This document shows positions 1-11,200 of a stretch of 64,000 nt of DNA, one piece after another (the stretch's first letter is position 1; each line of letters starts with the position of its first letter). Where the stretch lies: NCBI GenBank assembly GCA_043228905.1, contig JBHGNT010000002.1:992001-1056000 (forward strand), written 5' to 3'. A program made the position numbers and the translations under genes. The stretch comes from Azolla caroliniana. Taxonomy: Eukaryota; Plantae; Polypodiophyta. Below the pieces are notes generated by a model that saw nothing but the letters and a program-made list of their open reading frames with translations, ran no database searches and had not been told where the DNA came from.

Positions 1-1033
1 CACAGCCATGTTCACCGGCTGTGTAGGATGAGAAGTATCTACTTTCCGGGGTCAGGTGGAACGACGCTCCGGAATCGACCACCCAGGTAGTCTCATCGCC
101 GGCAATGTTTAGTTCACCTTCTTCGGTGATGAGCATGATCTCCTCTTCACTTGCCGCGAGTGCCGTCGTTCCTTTCCGGTCCTGCCCTCGCCGATCCGGA
201 CCTCTCCGGTCCGTGGCTCCCCGGTATGCACCGTTTCTCTCCGGTGACTTCTTCGAATCGGTGTCGTCGGCTCCGTTGTCTTTTCGGTAATGCCGACAAT
301 TCTTCCGGAAGTGTCCCGGCTTCCCACAGTGGAAGCATGTGGGTCTTCCTCTTGACTGCGACCGGGTCCCCGACTTCTCCCGTCTTTGCGGACTCCGGTT
401 CCATTGTCTTCCCCGTTCCGATTCGGTAAGCAGCGCCTTCGAGTCGGAGACCGGTTCTTTATCTCTCCGATGCGCTTCTTCGTTCAAAATACTTGTCTTT
501 ACCGTTTGTAGGGACAAGTTATCTTCGGTGCAGGAGGTGCTGAGAGTCACCACCAAGTTCTCCCAGCTGTCCGGCAATGTACACATCAGGATGATGGCTT
601 GCATTGCATCCTCCAACGGGAACTTGATCGCCGCAAGCTGGTTCACGAATCCCATGAACGTGCTTACGTGTTCCACCATACTCTCGCCGTCCCGGTACTT
701 GAGGTTCACTATCTTTCTCATCAGGGAGGTCCGGTTCAACGCATTCTTCCTCTCGTAGAGGCCCGACAGCTTCCTCCACATCTCATATGCGTTGGTGTCG
801 TTCGCCACGTGTTGTAGAACGCTCACGTCGACGTATTGCCGAATGGTTGCAACGGCTTTCCGGTTCAGAAGCCTCCACTCCGTCTCAAGTACCCCCTTGG
901 GTATTTCCGACCTGTCGATCGGTTCATACAGGTCCCGAACAATGAGCAAATCCTCCATCTTTATCTTCCAGTCGGCGTAGTTCTGCGCATTCAGCACCAT
1001 CATCCCCGGCTGCCCGCCGCTGCCGCCTTCCAT
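1..1033 (-). CDS. Copia gag-protease polyprotein N-terminus (partial, runs off window)
   Basis: Hand translation from the ATG at 1033 gives MEGGSGGQPGMMVLNAQNYADWKIKMEDLL...LPDSWENLVV..., a CCHC zinc knuckle CFHCGKPGHFRKNC and the protease motif WVVDSGASFH. No stop was seen. Confidence 0.8.
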   Translation of the reverse strand, partial: MEGGSGGQPGMMVLNAQNYADWKIKMEDLLIVRDLYEPIDRSEIPKGVLETEWRLLNRKAVATIRQYVDVSVLQHVANDTNAYEMWRKLSGLYERKNALNRTSLMRKIVNLKYRDGESMVEHVSTFMGFVNQLAAIKFPLEDAMQAIILMCTLPDSWENLVVTLSTSCTEDNLSLQTVKTSILNEEAHRRDKEPVSDSKALLTESERGRQWNRSPQRREKSGTRSQSRGRPTCFHCGKPGHFRKNCRHYRKDNGADDTDSKKSPERNGAYRGATDRRGPDRRGQDRKGTTALAASEEEIMLITEEGELNIAGDETTWVVDSGASFHLTPESRYFSSYTAGEHGC

Positions 1034-1696
1034 TTTCTGTGTTACCATCGCTCTGATACCACTTTGTCGCAATTCCGTGCTCGGCCACAACCGAGGAACA
1101 GGATCGATTCACAGAAAATGGGAAATACAACAATGCACGAAAAACAATAGAGAGAAGGGTACACTGGATGTTTTTCGTGGAAAACCCTAAATGGGAAAAA
1201 CCACGGGAGTGCAAGACTCCAACTATCACTATACGCGGGAATGTACAATGGCGAGCTGTAAGGCGACGACCTTGAGCTCGCTGTCCTCGCCACAGGCGGC
1301 GGTATTACACAGAGGCGTCGACCTCTTCCTTCCTCTTTCTCTCTCACTCTCTCTCGGCTGCTCTCACTTCGCTCCCTCTTAGTGGAAATGAGCAACAACA
1401 AAAACTGTTTGCCCTAAGTCATATTTATACACATATGACTTTCGGGCTATTTACAAATATAGCCTCAAGGGCCCTTGGCAAACATATTCACAGATATGTC
1501 CCCGCATCCGGATCTCTCTCCGGGTACATACGTCATCCGGCTCCGTAACCGGGGTCTTCAGCATCCGGCTCCGTAACCGGGTACTCTTCATCCGGCTTCA
1601 TGCCGGGTACTCTTCATCATACGGTTCCGTAACAGCCTCCGGGCTTGCCGTCATTCATCTCCGGACATCCCATCCGGAGGGACCGAAATCCCAACA
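1..1696 (-). mobile_element. Ty1/copia LTR retrotransposon A (Tork/Tnt1-like family 1 LTR), 5' part; continues beyond window start
   Basis: 5' LTR 1065-1696 (TG...CA) and tRNA-iMet PBS TGGTATCAGAGC on the minus strand at 1050-1061, followed by an open gag-protease frame. It interrupts the 3' LTR of element B at 1696/1697. Confidence 0.9.
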
Positions 1697-1738
1697 TGTA
1701 CAACAGTGAGTTCATGGAGGCAACGACCTCGTGCTCAC

Positions 1739-1769
<31 letters not shown>

Positions 1770-4700
1770 GTACACAGTTACGCACTCTCTTTCTCCTTCT
1801 GTACACAACAAGAAATGACAACAACACAATAAAAGTTTTCCCTAAGTCATATTTATCCTAATATGACTTTTCGGCTATTTACAAATATAACCACGATGGA
1901 CTGTCAGAAACATATTTACGAATATGTCTCTTCATCCGGTGAGCATTCCTCACGGGGTCTGCACCATCCGGCTCTGCGTAGCCGGGTACTCCTCATCCAG
2001 TTGTCACCGGGTCTGCACCATCCGGCTCTGCGTAGCCGGGTACTCCTCATCCGGTTCTCACCGGGTCTGCAGCATCCGGCTCTCCATAGCCGGGTACACC
2101 TCATCCGGTTCTCACTGGGTCTGCACCATCCGGCTCTCCGTAGCCGAGTACTCCTCATCCGGTTCTCATTGGGTCTGCACCATCCGGAGGGACCTGTCTC
2201 CCAACAAACTCCCCCTTCACTCCGGCATGGGGTGTCTTACTAGTTCGATCCTCTTCCGGCATGCATCCAGCTTGTCGGGTATCAGAACTTTGGTCAGCAT
2301 ATCTGACCCGTTCTCGGCCGTGTGGATCTTCGTCAGTGCGAACTCTTGGTCATCTACTCTTTCCCGGATCTAGTGATACCTTCGCTGGATATGCTTCGTC
2401 CGGGAATGGTAGGCCGCATTCTTAGCAAGGTCGATGGCACTTTGACTGTCGCAATAGAGTCGGTATTCATCTTGCCGGATACCGAGCTCGCCGATGAAGT
2501 CCTTCATCCATAATATTTCCTTGCCGGCTTCCACAACCGCCATGTACTCCACTTCCGTGGTTGACAACGCAACCGTCTTCTGCAGCCTCGACTGCCACGA
2601 AACAGCTCCCCCTGCATATGTCATTACATACCCGGATGTAGACCGGCTGGTATCCACATCAGCCGACATGTCTGAGTCGGTGAAACCGTCAAGTTGAGGT
2701 CTTCCGGAGCCGAATCAGAGACACATATTTGAAGTGCCCTTCAAATACCGAAGTATCCATTTGACCGCGTTCCAGTGCTCCTTGCTGGGATTGCTCATAA
2801 ACCGGCTCACCACTCCGACTGCGTATCCTATATCCAGTCAGGTACACACCATTGCGTACATCAAGCTCCCGACGGCAGAGGCATATGGAATCTTCATCAT
2901 ATCCGCCTTCTCTGCTTTCGTCTTCGGGCTTTGCTTACCGGATAGCCTGCAGTTTGCCGGAAGTGTCGATCCGACTGGTTTCGCATCTGACATGTTGAAC
3001 CGGTGAAGCACCTTTGTCACGTACTTCTCCTGTGACAGTCATAATTGCTTCTTTGACAAGTCCCGGATAATATGCATCCCCAGCATCTGTCTTGCCGGAC
3101 CCAAGTCTTTCATTGAGAAGGTCCGGTTGAGGGCCTTCTTCAGCATCCGTATTTTGACTTGGTCCCGTCCGACAATCAACATGTCATCCACGTACAGAAG
3201 GAGTATCAGGAAGTCGCCTCCTTCGAACTTCTTCACGGTACCATTGTCGGGGAGCCTGCTTCAGTCTGTACAGGCTTTTCTTCAACCGGACCTTCATCTC
3301 AATGAAGGTCCGGTTGAGGGCCTTCTTCAGCATCCGTATTTTGACTTGGTCCCGTCCGACAATCAACATGTCATCCACGTACAGAAGGAGTATCAGGAAG
3401 TCGCCTCCTTCGAACTTCTTCACGGTACCATTGTCGGGGAGCCTGCTTCAGTCCGTACAGGCTTTTCTTCAACCGGCATACCAGGTGCTCCTTCCCTTTC
3501 TCCACGAATACTTCCGATTGCTGCATGTAGATCTCCTCTTTGAGGTCGCCGTGAAGTAATGCCGTCTTCACATCCAGCTGTTCTACCTCGAGGTTCATGC
3601 TTGCCGCTATACTCAACACCGTCCGGATGGAGGTCATCTTTACTACTAGGGCAAATATCTTGTCAAAGTCCACGCCCTTCGTCTGCTGGAACCCCTTCAC
3701 CACGATCCTGGCTTTGTATCTCGGGGGGTTGCCGGCATCTCCCGGTTTCAACTTGTACACCCACTTGTTTCGGAGTGCCCGCTTTCCTTTCGACAACTCC
3801 ACCAATTCGTACGTATGGTTCTCATGCAAGGAATCCATCTCGTCCTGCATGGCACTTAACCATTTGCGGCTGTGGGTGTCATCCTTCGCTTCTTCGAAGC
3901 TTTCTGGCTCCCCCTCATCGGTCAGCAGAACATGCTCTGCATTCGGAAATCTCTAGGGGGCCCTTCTCTCTCTGAGAGGATATCTCCGTCTTCGGGCTTC
4001 GGTAACCGGCTCCTCCATTTGCTCTTCATTCGAATCCGATTCGGGGTCTTGGCCGGTTCCGGATTCGGCTTCCTCTACTTCTTCTTCAGCCTGTTCGGTA
4101 TCCTCACCGTATCCGGCTGGTTCTTCGAGTGCTAACCGTTCTCTCGCCGGTTGGGTCTGCTCATCGTAGAGTCTATCCTTACCGGTCGACTCGGAGTTCA
4201 TTATCTTCTTCTCCGACTCCCAGTCGGCGAGCGTCTTGTCCTCCATGAAGATAATATCTCGACTTCGGAATACCTTCTTGTCGACCAGGTCCCACACTCG
4301 GTAGCCGAACTCATCGTCACCGTAACCAAGGAATATGCATGGCCGGGTCTTTGGATCTAACTTTCCTCTCCGGTCCTTAGCTACATGCACGTACGCGAGA
4401 CACCTGAACACCTTCAGATGCCGGTAGGACACTTCCTTACCGGTCCATACTCTCTGTCGCATGTCTCCTTTGTCTTCAACGGTGTGGCCCACAACTTCCG
4501 GCTGTAGTCATCTATGAACGTCACGAAGTACTGCGCTCCGGCATGTGACTTCGTGTCTACTTGACACACATCCGTATGCACCAACTCCAGTGGTGCATTA
4601 CGTCTCATCGGTGGCCTTGGTCGGAAAGAGGTCCGGTTTTGCTTATCGGCCAGACAATCAATGCACTTCTCCAAGTGCATGTTCTTCACTGGAATGAGGT

Positions 4701-6830
4701 TGTCGTCTGCAACCCTCTTCATCCCCTTCTCACTCATGTGACATAGTCTCTTGTGCCACAACTCACCAGTAGTGTCGGATGCCACGTTCACTTCTTCCGG
4801 ACATAACCGGGCATTCATCAGGTACAGTGTGTTGACCTTCCGGGCCTGAGCCACAATCAGGCTCCCTTTGCTGAACTTCATGACACCGTTCCGGATGCTA
4901 CCCGTGTAGCCTTCATCATCTAGCCGACCGGCTGATATCAGGTTCAGATGAACCTCCGGAACGTGTCGGACATCCTTCAGCAGCAACTTGCATCCGGTAG
5001 GTGTTGACAGCCACATGTCTCCTATGCCGACAATTCGACATATACCTTCATTCCCCATCCGGACACAGCCGTGATCACCGGCTGAGTAGGATGAAAAGCA
5101 TTTTCCGGTCCGGGGTAAGGTGGAACGACGCTCCGGAGTCGACCACCCAAGTCATCTCGTCGCCGGCAAGGTTTATCTCACTCTCCTCGGTGATGAGCAT
5201 CAACTCCTCTTCACTTGCCGCGATTGCCGTCGTCCCCTTCCGGTCCGGCCCCCTCCGGTCTTTACCGTTCCGGTCCGGGGTCCGCTTAGAATCGGTACCG
5301 TCGGTTTCCTTGTCTTTTCGGAAATGCCGACAGTTCTTTTGGAAGTGTCCCGGCTTGCCGCAATAGAAGCAAGTAGGCCTCCCCCTTGACTTTGACCGTG
5401 TCCCCGACTTCTCCCGGTTCTGGGGACTACAGTTTCTATGTCTTCCGCGTTCTGATTCGGTAAGGAGCGCTTTGGAGTCGGAGCTCGTATCTTTATCTTT
5501 CCGACGCGCCTCCTCATCTAGCAAGCTCGACTTTACTCTTGCTAGGGATAACCGTTTTCCTTCTGGCCCGACGTTGCCCAAAGTGACAACCAGCGTCTCC
5601 CAGCTATCCGGGAGGGAACCGAGTAGGATTAATGCTAGTATCTCATCGGCCAGAGGTACTTCCAATGAAGTTGCTTGGTGGATCAGCCCCTGGAAGGCAT
5701 TCATGTGCTCCGCTATGCTGGAGCCATCTTGGTACCGGAGTCTTACTAGCTTCTGGAATACCGAAACCTGATTAACAACATTTTTGTTTTGAAACATTAT
5801 GCCGATCTTCTCCCAGAGCTCGTGAGCCTTGCTCTCTTTATTGAAGGTGTTGTACAGGCTCATGTCGATGAAGCACCGTATGTACGCCGTTGTCTTCATG
5901 TGCATCACCTCCCATATTGTGGCGTCGATCTTGTCCGGTCTCTTGTCCCCGAATTGAACCGATAACCAAAGATCTTTAACCATGAGCATGTCCCTAATCT
6001 TCGACTTCCACACTGAATAGTTGGAGCCGGTGAGCTTGAACATGCCGCCAAACGATTCGTCCATTTTCTGTGTCGTTTCGCTCTGATACCAATTGACGGG
6101 AACTCAACGCTCCTTATGCACAACGCTCGGCCACAACCGAGTTTAGAATCATACACAGAAAACAGGAAACGGAAAACACGCGACACAAAGGAGAAGAAAA
6201 AATGTACACAGGATGTTTACGTGGAAAACCCAAACTAAGGGTAAAAAACCATGGCAGCCCACAAGCTGCAAACTATCACTATGTTAGAGTGTACAACAGT
6301 GAGTTCATGGAGGCAACGACCTCGTGCTCACGATCCTCGCCACAGGCGGCGGTTACAACAGAGGCAACGACCTCTTTCTCTCTCTCTCTCTCTGTACACA
6401 GTTACGCACTCTCTTTCTCCTTCTGTACACAACAAGAAATGACAACAACACAATAAAAGTTTGCCCTAAGTCATATTTATACTAATATGACTTTTCAGCT
6501 ATTTACAAATATAGCCACGATGGACTCTCAGAAACATATTTACGAATATGTGTCTTCATCCGGTGAGCATTCCTCACTGGGTCTGCACCATCCGGCTCTC
6601 CGTAGTCGGGTACTCCTCATCCGGTTCTCACCGGGTCTGCAGCATCCAGCTCTCCATAGCCGGGTACTCCTCATCCGGGTCTCACCAGGTCTGCACCATC
6701 CGGCTCTCCGTAGCCGGGTACTCCTCATCCGGTTCTCACCAGGTCTGCACCATCCGGCTCTCCGTAGCCGGGTACTCCTCATCCAGTTCTCACCGGGTTT
6801 GCACCATCCGGAGGGACCTGTCTCCCAACA
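1697..6830 (-). mobile_element. Ty1/copia element B (family 1, Tork/Tnt1-like), degenerate with internal deletions and a duplication
   Basis: Partial 3' LTR 1697-2206, PPT at 2207-2219, PBS-iMet at 6080-6091, 5' LTR 6094-6830. ORF pieces cover gag and zinc knuckle (5075-6064), GAG-pre-integrase, RT (YVDD; QLDVKTA) and RNase H (YCDSQSAI). Confidence 0.92.
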
Positions 6831-7806
6831 CTTCGCATTCCAAGCTCGGGGGGCTTGTTTGAGACCGTAAAGCAACTTCTTGAGCCGGCACACTGCCGAC
6901 TTGTTCATCTCCAACTGAAAACCGGGAGGTTGGAACATATAAACCCATTCTTCAAGGTCACCTTGAAGAAACACATTCTTCACGTCCATCTGGTGAAGAT
7001 GCCACCCTCTTGCCGCAACAACTACCAGTACCACATGAACCGTCGTCATCTTCGCTATCGGGGCGAAGGTCTCATTGTAATCGATTCCCTCGGTCTGTGC
7101 GTATCCCTTCGCCACTAACCGGGCCTTGTACCGGTTAACCAAACCATCGGCATTGTACTTTACCTTGTACACCCATTTGCAACCCATCGGTTTACACTGT
7201 CAGGGAGGGTCAACGAGGTCCCATGTGTCGTTGGCATCTAGTGCTCGCATTTCTTCCTCCATAGCGGCACACCAATTTGCGTCCTTTGTCGCTTTTGCAT
7301 AGCTCTCCGGCTCATGCACTTCCGCCACCTTAGTCATGAATGCATAATGATGCGCCATGTACTCATTGTACCCGTACCGTGTAACGGGGTTCTTCAGGCG
7401 GGAAGACCGGCGTAACTTGGTATTACCCGGTTTGGGGGCCTTCTTGGCGAGGTTGGACTTCGTTCCCGAGGATCCGCCTTCATCCTTCCCAGAGTCAGAT
7501 TCACTCCGATCCGACTCAACATTGCCGGTTTCGTATCCCGGCATCTTCTTCTTCCCCTTCTCTTTGTGCGTGAACCGTCTCCTCAGTTCCTTGCGCGGGG
7601 AGAGCACGGGAGAGTCTCCACTACTCGCCGGTTCCTCATCCGACTGGTCATCCCGACTCAGCCGCTCATTCGGTCCACTTAGCCGGAATGAGATCGGACT
7701 CTCTTCTAGTGCCGAAGTCTTCATCTTCTACCTAGGCCTCCTCAGAATCACTAGCCTCATCTTCCAGAATCGGGTCTTCGTCGGGAGTTGGAGTTGGTAA
7801 GGGGTA
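6831..7806 (-). mobile_element. Ty1/copia family 2 fragment C (integrase-RT linker and RT N-terminus)
   Basis: [28 protein letters not shown]...[14 protein letters not shown]...[13 protein letters not shown], cut at 6830 by the LTR of B and at 7807 by the LTR of D. Confidence 0.85.
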
Positions 7807-8211
7807 TGTAAAAAGTAACGTGCAGAAGCAGGTATAAAGACCAAACAGAAGGAAGAAAGACTCAAGTTTAATGGAGAGCTTGAGCTTACGCAGTATACGC
7901 GGGAGAGACAAAGAGAGTGAGAGAGAAAACACAAGAACTGTATTCAACAAAAACAATCTCAATACTCGACTCTATGTTACATATGTGTGTTCAATGAACA
8001 CTTTTATACAGGTCCTAGAAGGACTGACTGAAGTACTGACAGTACTTCAATGCTCATTAAGAGCTCCTACACTAACTCCCAAATATATTCCTCACGGAAT
8101 ATCTTTCCTAACGACCTCCCGGTTTACGCACCGATCCGGCCCTACTGATCGGTCCCAACCGATTCGGTCCTCGGCTTCTTCAGCCGATCTGGCCGATGTT
8201 GAGCTTGTCTC

Positions 8212-11200
8212 TCAACACTCCCCCTCAAGCTCAACTTGAGGCTCTTCGGGATCTTCGGGCTCACAGCTCCGGTTCCTCCTGGCTTCACGCCTCGCTTGCG
8301 CTCCTCGACCTGTTCGACTCCACGCGCTTCGACCCTTCCGCTCGGCTTGTCTGCTCATGTGGCCCTTGTCAGCTCTTCTGCTGTTGCGGTGTTGACTCTT
8401 CTCCTGCTGCCTTTTCTTCCACTTGGGCCTCGGTTGATTCAACGTATCTGAATCAAACATCCGAACCGACTCGGCTACCTCCGATCGGTTTTCGCTCTCG
8501 TCCGAGTTGGTTGTCTCCAACTCGTCTTCGGTCTTCTCGCCCTCGGTGGCGTCATCTTCCCCATGCGTGGTTGACTTCGGCTCTCTCCTTCGGCTGCTCC
8601 CTTTCTGTCCGCTTTCGGACTTTTCTGCGGGTCCTCCCTCGGCTTCTTCAGCCAATCCGAAGTCGAACTCGACAATCGACTCGGTGTCACGGGACTCGGT
8701 GTCACGGTCTCCGCTCCTTTCCTGCTGCCTTGCTTGGTCGTTCGGGACTGTTCTCCCCCTCAAGTTTGGCACGTCGAGGTGACGCAATCCGAGCGCACCT
8801 GAGAATTGCCGCAACTTGTCAAGACCAAGAGGCTTGGTGAAGATGTCGGCAATCTGCCGATCCGTCGGAACGTACTGAAGTTCGACTTCACCGGAAAGGA
8901 CACGCTCACGGACGAAATGGTAGTGCACCTCAATGTGTTTGGTCCGTGCGTGGAAAACGGGGTTTTTCGCGAGCTGGATGCTGCTGAGGTCGTCGTTGGT
9001 TCTGACACCTCCTCTTGCAGGTCCTTAAGTAGCCGCTTCAACCATATGGCTTCGCATGTCGCGACAACTGCTCCTCGGTACTCAGCTTCGGTGCTCGACA
9101 GTGCAACTGTCGGCTGCTTCTTACTGCTCCACGCGATCGCGGCACTCCCGAGGGAGAACACGTATCCAGACGTGGATCGGCGATCAGCGGCGTTGCCAAC
9201 CCAATCAGCATCGGTGTAGCCGACTAATTGCGCGGCTGCACCGGTCCGATATAGCAGTCCCTGGTCCTTAGTGCCGTTGACATACTAAAGTATGCGTCAC
9301 GCACACTGAAGGTGCTCCTCGGTAGGTCGCGCCATGAATTGACTGATCACCCCGACCGGATAACTGAGGTCGGGTCGGGTGATGGTCAAGTATATGAGGC
9401 TTCCGACAATTTGTCGGAACCTCGTCGGGTCGCTTACCTTTCCCGTATCGGGACGAAGCTTGACGGTTATGTCCAGAGGAGTCGAGACGGACTTACAATC
9501 GGCCATCCCGAATTTGAAGAGCATACTCAGCACGTAATGACGTTGGCTGATCAATATGTCTTCGGGGGTACGGATCACTTCGATCCCGAGGAAGTAATGA
9601 AGGTCCCCCAGATCCTTCATGTCGAACGATGCTGCAAGCTGGAGCTTTACACGGTCGATTTCACCTAGGTTGGCGCCGGTGATGACCAAGTCATCAACAT
9701 ATAGTAAAATACTAGCCGGTCCAAGTCGACCTTTCCGGATGAACAGGGAAGAGTCCAATTTTGACGTGACGAAGCTCATCCGACATAGTTGTTGCGTGAT
9801 CTTCGCGTTCCAGACACGCGGGGCTTGCTTCAATCCGTAAAGGGACTTCTTCAGTCGGCATACTGCCGAGGAGTTCGTTCCGGAGTGAAATCCGGGGGGC
9901 TGTACCATGTACACCTGTTCCTCAAGGTCACCTTGAAGGAACGCATTCTTTACATCCATCTGATGTAGGTGCCACCCCTTGGCCGCGGCTATTACGAGCA
10001 AAACACGGACGATCGTCATTTTCGCGACCGGCGCAAACGTCTCATCGTAGTCGATGCCGTGTTTCTGCGCGTAGCCCTTTGCCACTAGCCGAGCCTTGTA
10101 CCGGTTGACCGAGCCATCGGTGTTGTACTTGACCTTGTACACCCACCTACACCCAATCGGTTTTACCCCTCTTGGTGCGTCAACCAGGTCCCAGGTCTCG
10201 TTCTCCGCCAATGCGTGCATCTCTTCCTCCATCGCGGCACGCCAATTCGCGTCTTTAGCCGCTTCTGCGTAGCTCTCCGGCTCACGCACTTCCGCTACAC
10301 GGGTCATGTACGCATAATGATGCGCCATGTACTCGTTGTATCCGAACCGCAAAACAAGATTCTTCTGGCGGGTAGATCGGCGTAATCTCGTATTAGCCGA
10401 TGTCGAGGCCTTCTCGGTCGACGCGGACTTCACCTGTAAAGAACCGTCACCGGTTCCCTCGGAGTCGGACTCGCGTCGGTCTGACTCGTTCCTATCCGTG
10501 CCGGAATCCGACACCTTCTTCTTCCCTTTCTCTTTGCGCGTAAGCCGTCTCCTCGGCTTCCTGCGCGGGGAATGCACGACCGAGTCTCCACTACTCGCCG
10601 GCTCTTCATCGGACTGATCGTATCGACTCAGTCATCCAGTCGGTCCACTTAAACGGAGTGAAATCGGACTCTCTTCGTGGGTCTCGATTTCGGGCTCATC
10701 CGGAGGCATCTCGGCCTCGCTGACCTCATCGTCAGAGCTCAGATTGGAGTCGGGGTTCGGAGTCGGGGGCTGGTACCAGGACGCGGACTCGTCAAACACA
10801 ACGTCGCGGCTAACACGCGCTTGTTTGGTGTGAGGGTTATAGCACTTATAACCCTTCTGCTCGTCCGAGTAACCGACCAAGATGCATTTCTCGGCCTTTG
10901 CATCCAGCTTCCTCCTTTTCTCCTTCGGTACATGCACATACGCAATGCTACCGAACACCCTCAAGTGTCGCAAGTTCGGCTTTGTTCCGAAATATAGCTC
11001 GTGCGCCGACAATTTGTCTCTGATCCGGTTCTGGATGTATACCGTGGTCCTTACCGCCTCGGCCCAGTAGAACTTGGGCAAGCTCTTCTCCTCCAGCATT
11101 GCCCGTGCCGCTTCCACAACTGACCGATTCTTCCTCTCGGCCACGCCGTTCTGCTCCGGCGTGTATCTACAACTGAATTCGTGCCGAATTCCTATTTGTT

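Noticed and set aside
1863-2243. ORFs with repeated peptides ([18 protein letters not shown]; [14 protein letters not shown]), also near 6487 and 11574
   Set aside because: They arise from the 42-bp LTR tandem repeat being open in several frames; there is no evidence of a real protein.
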